Source: Eledone cirrhosa
Taxonomy: Eukaryota
NCBI GenBank assembly: GCA_964016885.1
Contig: OZ024742.1
Span: 289,974,001-290,038,000, forward strand
Length of the DNA: 64,000 nt
Direction: 5' to 3'
The notes beneath the pieces were generated by a model that worked only from the letters and a program-made list of their open reading frames with translations, was not told the origin of the DNA and did not search any database. Position 1 is the first letter of the stretch. Each line of letters begins with the position of its first letter. A program made the position numbers and the translations under genes. Shown here piece by piece: positions 13,526-26,631 of the stretch.

Positions 13526-15101
13526 CATCATCATCATCGTCGTTTAACGTCTATCTTCCACGCTAGCATGGGTTTAGACGGGAATTGTCCCACTTGAGGC
13601 AAGATTGGTTGTCTCGCTCGTATAGGATTGTCTGGCAGGTTTTCTACGGCTGGATGCCCTTCCTAACTCCAACTAAGTTTACAGTTGGGACTGGGAGGTT
13701 TTTACCATATTACCTACACGGCCACACTACAGCGTGGACTGTGTGTTTTTTTGTCGTGACACCTACACGACCTCATTTATTTAGGACTGGATGTTGTGGT
13801 ACCAACATAACTTTACAGAGAAAGGGGTAGTGTTGATGGGTGTGGGGGTGTATATTTGAATAAGAGGTGCCTACTGACTGTAAGTTTCACTTTGTACTTA
13901 GGAAAGGCGGGTTTATGTATTACTGCATAGCGCCAAAGATCTCGGTCCAGTGACATTGTCTTAAAGAGGTGTAAGTGTGTAAGGTCGGAATTTATCAAAT
14001 CGTCGCAGGTTTTTCTGGGTCTGCCTACTCCGTAACTTCCGTCAATTTTGATCGCCCTGCACTTTTTTATACAGCTGTCGTCTTTCATGCGCATCACATG
14101 ACCATACCAACGTAGTCTTCTCTCGAGTAAACAGCATCTGATCCCTCTTATACCTAATTTCTCACTTAGTTCATTTATGCTTTGCTGTTCACGTATATTG
14201 CTATTGCACATCCAGCGGAGCATGCATGCTTCGTTCCTCTCCAGCATGCGCAGATCCTCTGTACACAATGCCCATGTCTCACTGCCATGTAACATAGCTG
14301 TTCGTATGCAGGCTTCATACAGTCTGCCTTTCATTTTTAAAGAGAAACCTTTAGCGGCCAATAGTGGTATAAGGTCTCTGAACTTTTTCTATCCGTTCTG
14401 ACTCTAGCTACTGTACTTTCTGAGCACCCTCCACCACTGCTGATTTTGTCACCCAGGTAACGGAAGGTGTCCACTATTTCTATAGAGCCATCTGGGCAAT
14501 AGAAGGAGCTAGTATCCTGTGGGCACTTGCTACTTATTGCACCTGAGCATCGGCCACATATAAAATCTACGTTCTTAGATAGCTTACCTGTGATCCCACT
14601 ACATCTTTTATGCACCCATACTTTGCATTTGGGGCATAAAATGGAATTTCCGCCTACTCCTTTCCTACACACTGAGCATGGCCATATCCCAGAGAGGACC
14701 TATGCCTTTTTTTCCTTCCTACATACTAGAACTTTAGTCTTAGACAAGTTAACTTTAAGGCCTTTTGATTCTAGGCCATGCTTCCATGTTTGGAATTTCT
14801 TCTCTAGTTCAGCCATCGATTCAGCTATGAGCGTTAGATCATCTGCATATAGAAGTTCCCATGAGCAGCCAGTCTTGAACTCCTCTGTTATAGCCTGAAG
14901 GGCAATAATAAATAGGAGGGGGCTAAGGACAGAGCCCTGAGGAACACTAACTTTTATGCTAAATTCTTCACTATATTCGTTGTTAATTCTAACCTTGCTG
15001 ACTGTTTCTTTATACATGGCTTGTATAGCTCTCACAAGCCATTCATCAACCCCTAGTTTTCTAGGGTCCACCAGATAATGGCGCGGGGGACTCTGTCAAA
15101 T
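13526..15101 (-). mobile_element. 5'-truncated RTE-clade LINE (RT with PHD-finger insert), frameshifted
   Basis: QGSVLSPLLF, YADD, C4HC3 motif, RLRWYGHVMRM, GRPRKT; 3' UTR ends in (GAT)n; same subfamily as 43124-45540. Confidence 0.93.
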
Positions 15102-15169
15102 GTTCTATATATTTATAATATTACAATATTTATAATATTACAATTTATACTCCATATTGATATATATAT

Positions 15170-15793
15170 ATGGATGTGTAACAATAATATACGTGAACGA
15201 CAAAGCATAAATGAATTAAGAGAGAGACTGAGCATAAGAGGAATCAAATGCTGTGTGCAGGAGAGGCGGTTGCGCTGGTATGGACACGTGATGCGTATGA
15301 AGGATGACAGCTGCATAAAAAGGTACAGAGCACTAGAAGTTGATGGAAACCGCGGAGTGGAGAGACCCAAGATGACCTGGGATGAGGTGATAAAAGCCGA
15401 CCTTACCCAATTACACCTCTCAAAGACAATGACACATGACCGTGACTTCTGGCGTCACGCAGTAATACAGAGTACCCGACCTCCCATGGGTACAAGCTGA
15501 AGCATATAGACAATATGCCCCCACACCCCCCACCGCAAGGTGGTCGTGGAGGCGCCACGGCAAAAAAGCACCCAGCCCACACTGTAAAGTGAACGTGTAG
15601 GCGCTATGAAAAAGCACCCAGCACTCACTGTAAATGAGGTTGGTGTTAGGAAGGGCATCCAGCTGTAGAAATCAAGCCAAATCAGTTCCTGTATGAGCAA
15701 GGCATGGTCAGCCGACCAGACACTGCCCACAACAGGACAACCCGTCTAACCCATGCTAGCGTGGAAGAACGGACGTAAAACGGTGATGATGAT
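15170..15793 (+). mobile_element. 5'-truncated RTE LINE 3' end
   Basis: WMCNNNIRERQS...RLRWYGHVMRM plus 3' UTR and GATGAT tail; same subfamily as 21750-23860. Confidence 0.9.
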
Positions 15794-16330
15794 ATATATA
15801 TAATGCCTAGATGGAGAAGTATTTTGAAGACATGTATCCTTGAGCATCTAGCTCACACTAAATATGGTTGGCATTAGGAAGGGCATCCAGTCATGAAAAC
15901 CAAACCAAAATCAGTTCTGTAGGAGCAAGACATGGTCACATAACCTGGCATTGCTCACAAATGTACAACTCATCTAACCCATGCGAGTGTGGTAAAATGG
16001 ACATTAAACGATGATGATGATGATGATATCTTTAGATGGGGGCTTATTTATGTTTTACCTCACCTGCCTGCTTCTGCCTTCTGAAACCCAAGTAGCTAGT
16101 CTTATTCAACCCACTACATATAGCAATGTCCAGGGGGCCCTCTTTCTTTCTCATTTCAATGACTGAGCACTCTTTCTCTATTGACCAGAGAGTCCCCCCC
16201 CCCCCTCCCCCCCTCTCTCTCTCATGACCAAGAACCTTTCTCTCCATATTGTATCCATAGCCAACATGAAATTGATAAAGTTCTCATAAAATGTCTGAAA
16301 ATTGGTTTTGAAATATTTCTTCTATTTCAG

Positions 16331-16398
16331 GGAAACATTTCAGAGGTGAAGTATTTGAGACCAAGATTGATGAATCAAAAATATATTAGTAAATTCAG
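16331..16398 (+). CDS. ZER1: ZER1 homolog exon
   Basis: ttcag|...|gtaaat; GNISEVKYLRPRLMNQKYISKF(S). Confidence 0.9.
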
Positions 16399-18043
16399 GT
16401 AAATAACAGTTCTATTTATTTATCATTCAGACAAGTAATAGATCTAATTTTATGTGAGAATCTTAATAATGAGAAAATTAATTATATTACTAAATCCCTC
16501 AAATTATATGAAAATCATAGGCATTGTCTTGGATTAAATTCAAGGTAAATAATAGATCTACTCTTGCATCTTGAATAATCATCCCCCCCTCGCTTATTAA
16601 TTTTTCAGCCTCTACCACTCATTAAATTTTGCTAATCTATCACCGGTGAAATTTTATTTTAAGTGGTAGCACTCCTGCAACAATTAATTTTCTTTATACA
16701 TTAAAAAACATTATATATGACAGAAAAAATAAATTACAAGAAATCCCATATGTTATAAAATAAATAGGATGGGTTGGAGTCTCAATATGTAAACTAAACG
16801 ACTAATTCTGGTTTTTAAAAATATCAACAGAGACAACCTAGAAAAATTACCGACCCCTTCCCCAATTATTTGGGACCTGAGAGTAATTATATATCATGTA
16901 AATAATAGATTTAATACTTTCTAATGATAGACACTGCCTATGGTTTTCATAAAATTTTGAAAATAATCAATAATTATGAGGGATTTAGTAATATAACTAA
17001 TTTTCTCATTATTAAGATTCTCACATAAAATCGTGAAGGAAAATATCCAGATAAATATAAATATTTTTTTTAAAAATTAAACAGTTTTGGATGTGTGGTG
17101 GTGTTCACAAATCTGGAAAGATGAAAGACAAAGTTGACCCCAATGGGATTTGTATTTAGAATGTGAAGGTTGATAATTAAATACCACAATGTATTCTATC
17201 AGTTCTTCCCTCAGTTACCTGTCTTGAGTTGTAACCAGTAGCATAGTTGGGGATGGAGTCAACCATAGGTAGGACATTTTGAAGTGTCGTATTTTGTGTG
17301 TGTTGAATTGTTTTTCATGAGGGTGGATCTACAAAATTACGGACCACCCCAACTTAATGTGGAAACTATATTTAAGTGTAAAGTGTGTATGGGGTAAGCT
17401 ATAGATCAAGATGTTGAGCTGGATCTTGGGAATGGTCTGAAGATGGAAAGTGTGCAAATATTTTATTACAATGGAGACTCATTGAATGGAGATGGTGGAT
17501 CAAATTCTGTGACAGTATCTTGAGTGAGATGTGTATGGAGGAAATTCCAGGAACTAAGTGGTACGTTAATGGAGCAGAAGAGTGTTACTGAAACTGAAGG
17601 GAAAGTTGTTTATGCTGCATATGTGAGAAATGCCATACTTTATAGGAGTGAGACATGTGAAAGGTCCAGTGGATGAGTAGAGTATTGCACAATAAGTTGC
17701 AGAGGATAAGAAAATAAAAAAAACAATGATGAATGTTGTGAAGAGAAATAGATGGTTGGATCTTGTGTTGTAGAAGGATGAAAGTGATTGGGTGAGAGGA
17801 TTGATAGAAAGAAGTAGAGGGAGAGGAAGACAAAGAAAGACATTGCTGGGGAGGGAGAGGGGAAGGAATAAAAGCCTGTTGGTTGGGTGAGGAGGGATGC
17901 ATCTGATAAAGCAAAATGGAGAAGCTTGTCATGGGTCACGCAAGGCTAAACCCTGCTTTAGCAAAGCATATGGCCTTAGAATGTTCGTTGTTTTTGTTCT
18001 ATCATAAATGTTTATATTTAATATTATTGTTTGTTTGATGCAG

Positions 18044-18232
18044 TGAATTGCTGAATTCAACAAGTGATGGAATTGAAGTCAGCTACAATGCAGCTGGAGT
18101 TTTGTCTCACATAGCTTGTGACGGCCCTCAAGCTTGGGTTATTGATAGCCCAAGACGAACAGATGTCCTCAAAACTATGGTCGGTGTCATAGAAAGTTGG
18201 GATATATCAGCCAAACGTAATATCAACTACCG
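18044..18232 (+). CDS. ZER1: ZER1 homolog exon
   Basis: tgcag|...|gttagt; ELLNSTSDGIEVSYNAAGVLSHIACDG...WDISAKRNINY(R), conserved ZER1 ARM-region motifs. Confidence 0.93.
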
Positions 18233-18264
18233 GTTAGTCATTCTATTTTATAAATTATTTGGTT

Positions 18265-20420
18265 AATGCCACAATAAATAGCATTCAGTAAAGTCTGTAA
18301 AGTGGTGGTGGTCTCCTGATAAAATACACTCAGTACACTCTGTAAAGTTGTAATGCTTGTGCCACAATAAAATACACTGTAAACTGGTAGTGTTGGTGCC
18401 ACAATAAAATACACTGAGTACACTCTGCAAAATGGTAATGTTGGGGCCATGATAAAATACACTCAGTACACCCTGTAAAGTTGTAATGCTTGTGCCACAA
18501 TAAAATACACTGTAAACTGGTAGTGTTGGTGCCACAATAAAATACACTGAGTACACTCTGTAAAATGGTAATGTTGGGGCCATGATAAAATGCACCCAGT
18601 ATATCCTGTAAAGTGATAGTGCTGGTGCCATGGTAAAATGCACTCAGTACACCCTGTAAAGTTGTAATGCTTGTGCCACAATAAAATACACTGTAAACTG
18701 GTAGTGTTGGTGTCACAATAAAATACACTGAGTACACTCTGTAAAATGGTAATGTTGGGGCCATGATAAAATGCACTCAGTACACCCTGTAAAGTTGTAA
18801 TGCTTGTGCCACAATAAAATACACTGTAAACTGGTAGTGTTGGTGTCACAATAAAATACACTGAGTACACTCTGTAAAATGGTAATGTTGGGGCCATGAT
18901 AAAATGCACTCAGTACACCCTGTAAAGTTGTAATGCTTGTGCCACAATAAAATACACTGTAAACTGGTAGTGTTGGTGTCACAATAAAATACACTGAGTA
19001 CACTCTGTAAAATGGTAATGTTGGGGCCATGATAAAATGCACCCAGTATATCCTGTAAAGTGATAGTGCTGGTGCCATGGTAAAATGCACTCAGTACACC
19101 CTGTAAAGTTGTAATGCTTGTGCCACAATAAAATACACTCAGTAAACTGGTAGTGCTGGTGCATCAATAAAATACACTGTAAAATGGTAATGTTGGGGCC
19201 ATGATAAAATGCACCCAGTGTATCCTGTAAACTGGTGGTGCTGGTGCCATGGTAAAATGCACTCAGTACACTCTATAAAGTTGTAATGCTTGTGCCACAA
19301 TAAAATACACTGTAAACTGGTAGTGTTGGTGTCACAATAAAATACACTGAGTACACTCTGTAAAATGGTAATGTTGGGGCCATGATAAAATGCACTCAGT
19401 ACACCCTGTAAAGTTGTAATGCTTGTGCCACAATAAAATACACTGTAAACTGGTAGTGTTGGTGTCACAATAAAATACACTGAGTACACTCTGTAAAATG
19501 GTAATGTTGGGGCCATGATAAAATGCACCCAGTATATCCTGTAAAGTGATAGTGCTGGTGCCATGGTAAAATGCACTCAGTACACCCTGTAAAGTTGTAA
19601 TGCTTGTGCCACAATAAAATACACTGTAAACTGGTAGTGTTGGTGTCACAATAAAATACACTGAGTACACTCTGTAAAATGGTAATGTTGGGGCCATGAT
19701 AAAATGCACTCAGTACACCCTGTAAAGTTGTAATGCTTGTGCCACAATAAAATACACTGTAAACTGGTAGTGTTGGTGTCACAATAAAATACACTGAGTA
19801 CACTCTGTAAAATGGTAATGTTGGGGCCATGATAAAATGCACCCAGTATATCCTGTAAAGTGATAGTGCTGGTGCCATGGTAAAATGCACTCAGTACACC
19901 CTGTAAAGTTGTAATGCTTGTGCCACAATAAAATACACTCAGTAAACTGGTAGTGCTGGTGCATCAATAAAATACACTGTAAAATGGTAATGTTGGGGCC
20001 ATGATAAAATGCACCCAGTGTATCCTGTAAACTGGTGGTGCTGGTGCCATGGTAAAATGCACTCAGTACACTCTATAAAGTTGTAATGCTTGTGCCACAA
20101 TAAAATACACTGTAAACTGGTAGTGTTGGTGCCACAATAAAATACACTGAGTACACTCTGTAAAATGGTAATGTTGGGGCCATGATAAAATGCACCCAGT
20201 ATATCCTGTAAAGTGATGGTGCTGGTGCCATGGTAAAATACACATTGTACACACTCTAAAGTGGTTGGTATTAAGAAGGGCATCCAGCTGTAGAAACCTA
20301 GTCAAATATGGAATGTATGAACAAGACATGGTTCTGTGACCAGTCTAATCTCAGACTGTGATTACCTATCCAGCCCATGGCAGTATGGAAAAAGTACATA
20401 AAATATTAATGATGACTATA
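18265..20420 (+). repeat. Higher-order minisatellite (48/37-bp monomers; 133- and 181-bp higher-order units; ~800-bp superunit) expanded inside a retroposon tail
   Basis: Periodic near-identical blocks that run straight into the shared tail aagggcatccagctgtagaaa...gatgatgac. Confidence 0.88.
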
Positions 20421-20455
20421 ACAATTTTATATCTAATATTGTTGATTTCTTGCAG

Positions 20456-20553
20456 GTCTTTTGAGCCTATCTTGCGTCTTGTACAAGCATATGATACACC
20501 TGAGGCACAGCACTGGGCTGTTTGGGCTTTGTGCAATTTAACGCGTGTTTATC
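20456..20553 (+). CDS. ZER1: ZER1 homolog exon
   Basis: tgcag|...|gtaagt; (R)SFEPILRLVQAYDTPEAQHWAVWALCNLTRVY(P). Confidence 0.93.
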
Positions 20554-20733
20554 GTAAGTATATGATTCTCCCCTAATTAATATGTTCAAAATATATTTAT
20601 GATATAATGATGGAAGGAAAGGAAAAAAAAAAAAGAGAGAAATGGAGAAGAGCAAACTCTACTACACACTTGGCTAGATGGCATACCTTTATATAAATAT
20701 ATATATATGTGTGTGTATATATATATGTGTGTG

Positions 20734-20781
<48 letters not shown>

Positions 20782-20895
20782 CAGAGTGGCCCAAAAAGTC
20801 TGGATACGTAAACAATTTTTTTTTTTTTTAAAATAAATTATTTCTTATAAAACATGATTATTTTTTTTATGTATCACGACTTGTGGGCCACCCTG
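20782..20895. mobile_element. Tc1/mariner-type MITE (114 bp)
   Basis: TA|CAGAGTGGCCCA...TGGGCCACCCTG|TA terminal inverted repeats with TA target. Confidence 0.75.
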
Positions 20896-20920
20896 TATAT
20901 ACGTGTGTATATTTTTTATA

Positions 20921-20951
<31 letters not shown>

Positions 20952-21081
20952 TGCTAGTTGCTGTGTTGTTTATTTGTAAAAGTTGCATAATGACTTCTCA
21001 ATGACAATCGGGTGTCAACAGATAAGAACACTCCACGTTAGTTGTACCTATCCAGCTTAATGGTGTTACAGAAATACATAT

Positions 21082-21426
21082 CATCATCATCATCATCATC
21101 ATTTTACGTCCGCTTTTCCCTGCTTGCAAGGGTGGGACGGGAACTAATTCTGGCTTGATTTCTACAGCTGGATGCCCTTCCTAACACCAACCTCATTTAC
21201 AGTGAGTGCTGGGTGCTTTTTTGCCGTGGCACCTCCACGACCACTTTGCAGTGGAATGATATAGACCCCAGTCCCTATCATCTCATTTCTACAGCTGAGT
21301 AAACTGGAGCAATGTGAAATAAAGTGTCTTGCTCAAGGAAACAACACATCACCCAGTCTGAGAATTGAACTCACAACCTTTCGATTTCAAGGCCAATGCT
21401 CTAACCACTAAGCCATGTGCCTCCAT
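21082..21426 (-). mobile_element. Full-length CORE-type tRNA SINE with RTE-derived 3' tail (octopus OR2-like)
   Basis: tRNA-like head tggcttagtggttagagc...gagttcaattc; CORE-like ccttgagcaagacacttt...cagctgtagaaatgag; tail shared with the RTE LINEs. Confidence 0.82.
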
Positions 21427-21749
21427 AATTAATAAAATTGATTATGTAACTTTTATTTGATTATATATATATATATATCATCATCAACATCAATTAACAT
21501 CTATCTTCCATGCTAGACGGGTTTGTCCCATTTAGAAGCAAGTTGGGTTGGGTGACCATGTCTCACTCATATAGGAGTGTTTCTGGCTGGTTTTCTACGG
21601 TTGGTTGCCCTTTCTAACGCTAACCTCATTGACAGTGGTATGACAAAAAGCACCCAGCCCATACTGTAAAGTGGACGCGTAAAAGACAAGTGTCTTTTAC
21701 ACGTCCACTTTACAGTGTGGGCTAGGTGCTTTTTGTTGTGATGTCATTG

Positions 21750-23860
21750 GAGAGAAGTGTATCCGGAATGATAAAGGTGAGCTTGCCCTCACAAGTGCTG
21801 AGAAGAAAGATGCGTGGAAGAGCCATTATGATAGATTATTAAATGAGGAGAATGCATGGGAAGATGAGACCCTACCTCAAGTAGATCCTATAGAGGGGCC
21901 AGCAGTACAAGTCAGCAGCATGTAGTAAGTAAGGCAATCAAAGATATGAAGACGGGGAAGGCAACCGGTCCATCGGGTATAGCTACCGAGATGCTGAAGT
22001 CAACTGGGTCGATAGGTCACACCATAACTACACGTATTGTTAACCAGGTAATACTAGAAGATGTCATACCAAAGGATTGGTGCAGTAACATCATTGTCAA
22101 CTGTTACAAAAGTAAAGGTGATGCACTAGATAGATGAAACTATAGATGTATAAAGCTGATGGACCAGGTCATGAAAGTAACAAAGAGTTATAGCACAGTT
22201 GATTAGGGACCGGGTGAAACTAGATGAGATGCAATTTGGGTGTGTGCCAGGAAGAGGCACCACTGATGCCCTCTTCCTTGTGAGGCAGATACAGAAAAAG
22301 TACCTAGCTAAAAGTAAGCCACTCTACCTGGCATTCGTCGATCTCAAGAAAGCCTTTGACAGAGTTCCCTGTGCTATAATCTGGTGGGCTCTTAGAAAAC
22401 TATGAGTAGATGAATGGCTTGTGAAAGCTGTACAAGCCATGTATAGGGGAGCAGTCAGCAAAGTTAGGATTAGCAATGAGTATAGCGAGGAATTTAGCGT
22501 ACAGGTCGGTGTCCACCAGGGCTCTGTTCTTAGCCCTCTCCTTTTCATCATAGTCCTGCAGGCAATAACGGAGGAGTTTAAGACCGGATGCCCATGGGAA
22601 CTCCTGTATGCAGATGACCTTGCACTTATAGCTGAATCTATGGTACAACTAGAGAAGAAATTCCAAACTTGGAAGCAGGGACTAGAAAGAAAGGGTCTCA
22701 AAGTCAACCTGACAAAGACTAAGGTCCTTGCAAGTAGACGAGAAAACAGAACCCAGATCCCCTCAGGGAAATGGTGTTACTCAGTATGTAGGAAAGGTGT
22801 AGGTAGGAACTCCATTCTCTGCCCCAAATGCAAACAATGGGTACACAAGAGATGTAGCGGGATCTCAGGAAGCTTAATTAAGAATGTAGGCTTCACATGT
22901 AGCAGCTGTGCTGGGACAGCAAGCAGCAAACAGCCACAGGAAACAAGTACTCCCAAACTCTGGGAGGCCTCTGTAGAAACAGTAGACAGCTTCTGCTACC
23001 TAGGTGACGAAATTAGCAGCAGAGGTGGGTGTTCAGAAAGTACAATAACTAGAGTAAGAACAGGATGGAAGAAGTTCAGGGAGCTACTGCCACTGCTAGC
23101 TGCAAAAGGCTTTTCCCTCAAAATGAAAGGCAGACTGTATAATGCGTGTATACGAACAGCAATGTTACATGGTAGTGAGACCTGGGCGCTGTCTGTGGAA
23201 GACTTGCGTAGATTAGAAAGAAACGAAGCCTGCATGTTCCGATGGATGTGTAATAGTAATATACGCGAACAGCAAAGCATAAATGAATTGAGAGAAAGAC
23301 TGAGCATAAGAGGAATCAAATACTGTGTGCAAGAGAGGCGGTTGCGTTGGTATGGACATGTGATGTGTATGAAGGATGACAGCTGCATAAAAAAATGCAG
23401 AGCACTAGAAGTCAATGGAAATCACGGACTGGGGAGACCCAAGAAGACATGGGATGAGGTGATAAAAGCTGACCTTACATGACTGTGACGTCTGGCGTCA
23501 CGCAGTAATACAGAAGACCTGACCCCCCCCACGGGTACAAGCCAAAGCTGAAGCATATAGACAATATACCCATACACCCTCCCACTGCAAAGTGGTCGTG
23601 GAGGTGCCACGGCAAAAAAGCACCTAGCCCACACTGTAAAGTGGACGTGTAGGCGCCGCGGAAAAAAGCACCCAGCACTCACTGTAAATGAGGTTGGTAT
23701 TAGGAAGGGCATCCAGCTGTAGAAATCAAGCCAGAATCAGTTCCCGTATGAGCAAGACAAGGTCAGCTGACCGGACACTGCCCACAACAGGACAACCCGT
23801 CTAACCCATGCTAGCGTGGAAGAACGGACGTAAAATGGTGATGATGATGATGATGATGAC
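21750..23860 (+). mobile_element. 5'-truncated RTE-clade LINE, RT pseudogene with PHD insert
   Basis: KATGPSG, QFGCVPGRGTTDA, FVDLKKAFDRV, QGSVLSP, YADD; several stops; (GAT)n tail. Confidence 0.94.
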
Positions 23861-23979
23861 ATAGTCTATATATATACATATTTGTGTATATATGCACATA
23901 TCATCGTCACCTCCGTCTTTACGTCCATTTTCCATGCTAGCATGGGTTAGGCTGGATTGTCCTATCATGAGCAATGTAT

Positions 23980-24420
23980 ATGTAGTAATCCCAGGAAGGA
24001 TCCTTAGAAGTGGTTGATAGTTTCTGCTACCTAGGTGATATAATTAGCAATGGAGGAGGGTGCTTGAAGATCAGAGTAGCTAGAATAAAGGACAGAATGG
24101 AAGAAGTTTAGAGAACTGCGACCTCTACTAACAACGAAAGGTATCTTCTTGCAAATAGAAGGTCGGCTGTATGACACCTATGTGTGAAGTGTCATGCTAC
24201 ATGATAGTGAGCCATGGGTGGTGAACATGAAGGCTGGAGAGTAATGAGGCAAGCACGCTTCGATGGATGTGTAATGTTAATGTGCAAGAACAACAAAGCA
24301 TGGATGAACTGAGGGAGAAACTGGGTATAAGAAGAATCAGAAGTAGTGTGCAGGAGAGGAGATTATTGATATGGGCATGTGATGTGCAGAGAATTGGCTG
24401 AAGGTCACCCTTAGAAGTTA
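23980..24420 (+). mobile_element. Degenerate RTE LINE fragment
   Basis: VVDSFCYLGDIISNGGG...WKKFREL...RWMCNVNV with frameshifts. Confidence 0.75.
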
Positions 24421-25299
24421 TGGACATGACTCCATTATCAATCTACTCTTTAGGCTGGTGATTCAACAAAAAATACACTCTGTCTACGCATTATATATAA
24501 ATTAACAGGTACATTATATGGATACACAGATAAATACAGTCCTACTTACATATATATTTACATATATATATCATCATCATCATCATCTTTGTCGTTTTTA
24601 CATCCGTTTTTCCAAACTTGTATGGGTTGGAATGATCCTTTTCAGCACAGCATCTTTTCACTCTTCACATTCCTTCGTCACCGACTCCGTGAGTTTCAGC
24701 AATTTGAATCAGCTCTCTCTTCATTGGTCTACCTCTACTGCGGCTTCCTGGCACTTCTTCATCCAATGATCATCATCCATGCGCATCACATACCTATACC
24801 AATGCAGTCTTCTCTCTTGCATACCACTTCTGATTCCTCTTGGTTTCTCCCTCAGTCCATCCAAGCTTTATTCTAACTATTATGCTCTCGGAGCAGAAAC
24901 TATCAACCATTTCTATGGAACCTTCATGTAATTGGAAAAGGTTTATATCACTGACGCTCTTCCCATCGATTACTCCTGTGCATCCAGTACATACAATCCA
25001 TAATGCTGCAAATGACGCCTTGGTTTGACTCGCCGGTCTTGACCTGCCTCTCTAGCTACTGTGCATATGTTATATGACAAGAAGAAGAATACAAAGACTT
25101 CCTTTCCTGTTAGTCTGCCTGTTATCCCACTACACCTCTTATGTACCCAAGAAGTTTCAGCTTCTGTGTCAAATATTGTCCATGGATTTTCTTTTCTATC
25201 CTCTTGTTTACCACTTCAGTATTCTTCTCTCTTTTGTACTGAGCTTTGTCTTGGCAATTGTCAACATTAACCAAATCTGACTTCCTCACTTCCAACAGT

Positions 25300-26080
25300 A
25301 ATGGTGCTGTGGCATTCTTTATAAACCGAGCTACATTGTTTTCTCCTTTTTTTTCCTTGGTATGTACAATTTATCAACATCACTCATAGGATGCAAATCT
25401 CTGTACCGTGTCAGCAGCTTTTCTTGTTTTCCTGTCCAATTAATAACTCCAGTACCATATCTCAACAGAGATACTACCTAATTTGTTTTGGCTGTTAATC
25501 TTTGACTTAAGAACCAATAACACTCTTTAAAAGTAGTCTGTAAATCTTGATTTCATTTCCTGTTCTATAGTGTTATCCATCTCCCAAATTCCAAGATATT
25601 TGTATCCATCATCAATATCTTTCACAGCTTTCCCTGATGGCAGCACTATGCCATCAATGTGTTTGGTCTTGCCTTTTTTAAATACTAAATCCCTACATTT
25701 CTTTGAGCCAAATTCCATTCAAATGACATTGCTGGATCCATACACAGTATACACAAATGAGCTTATTTGCAATTCATATCTTACATACAGTTTAAAATCA
25801 TCCATAAAAAGTAAATGATTAACTTTATGTTGTTGCCTATTAAAATCGTATCCACCTTTCACTCTTTTCAAGATCATAGTTAGCAGCACCATACAAACAG
25901 AAGTGGTGACAAGCTGTCACCCTGGAATAGTCCTCTCTTGATTTCTATTGTGCCCAGGCTTTGTTCATAACAGCTCAGCTCTATCTTCCATTTATCCATG
26001 CTTTTCCTTTAAAAACTATTCAACATTCTTTGCAATTCCAAACAAACTCAGGCATTCCATGATCCATGAGTGTTGAATAT
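25300..26080 (-). mobile_element. Degenerate non-LTR RT fragment, R4/Dong-like
   Basis: FQGDSLSPLLF, VNHLLFMDDFKLY, MEFGSKKC, YKYLGIWE motifs; clade assignment from memory of motif style. Confidence 0.65.
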
Positions 26081-26341
26081 GCTTTGCAATAATCTGTTGT
26101 TGTTATCATGGTGGATTGGTAGTGCGTCGGACAACATGATTAACAGCATATAGTTATGGCTCTTTACCTTCTGAGATCAAATCCTACCGAGATTAGCTTT
26201 ACCTTTCATCCTTATGGGGTTGATAAAATAAAGCACCAGTAATACACTGGTGTCGATTTAATCAATTTTCCCCTCTCCAAAAAATTGTTGGCTTTGTGCC
26301 TAAATCAGAAACCATTATTATTATTATTTAATTTCTTTCAG

Positions 26342-26631
26342 CTGAGCGTTATTGTTCTCTTCTTGAGAAAGAATCTGGAGTAGAAATTCTGATGGCGCTT
26401 AAGGCTGATCCACGACCATATTCTCGTATCAAAGAACTTGCCTGGAAGGTTGTCAACCAAATCACAGAAAACAAGAACAAGCCTAGTGAGTCAAAAGAAG
26501 GGTCTGTGTCGCATGTTGACTCTGAGATGACATCAGAAGAAGATGAAGAAGACGATAGAGAAGAGGGTGACAGAGAAGAGGAAGAAGTGGAAGAAGAAGG
26601 GGAAGATAGTGAGGTTGAAATGATACAGTAA
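26342..26631 (+). CDS. ZER1: ZER1 homolog terminal coding exon with acidic C-terminal tail
   Basis: tttcag acceptor; (P)ERYCSLLEKESGVEILMALK...EEEGEDSEVEMIQ*; phase 1 matches previous exon. Confidence 0.9.

Noticed and set aside
18265-20260. CRISPR-like periodicity and many minus-strand ORFs
   Set aside because: No unique spacers or cas genes; eukaryotic intronic minisatellite
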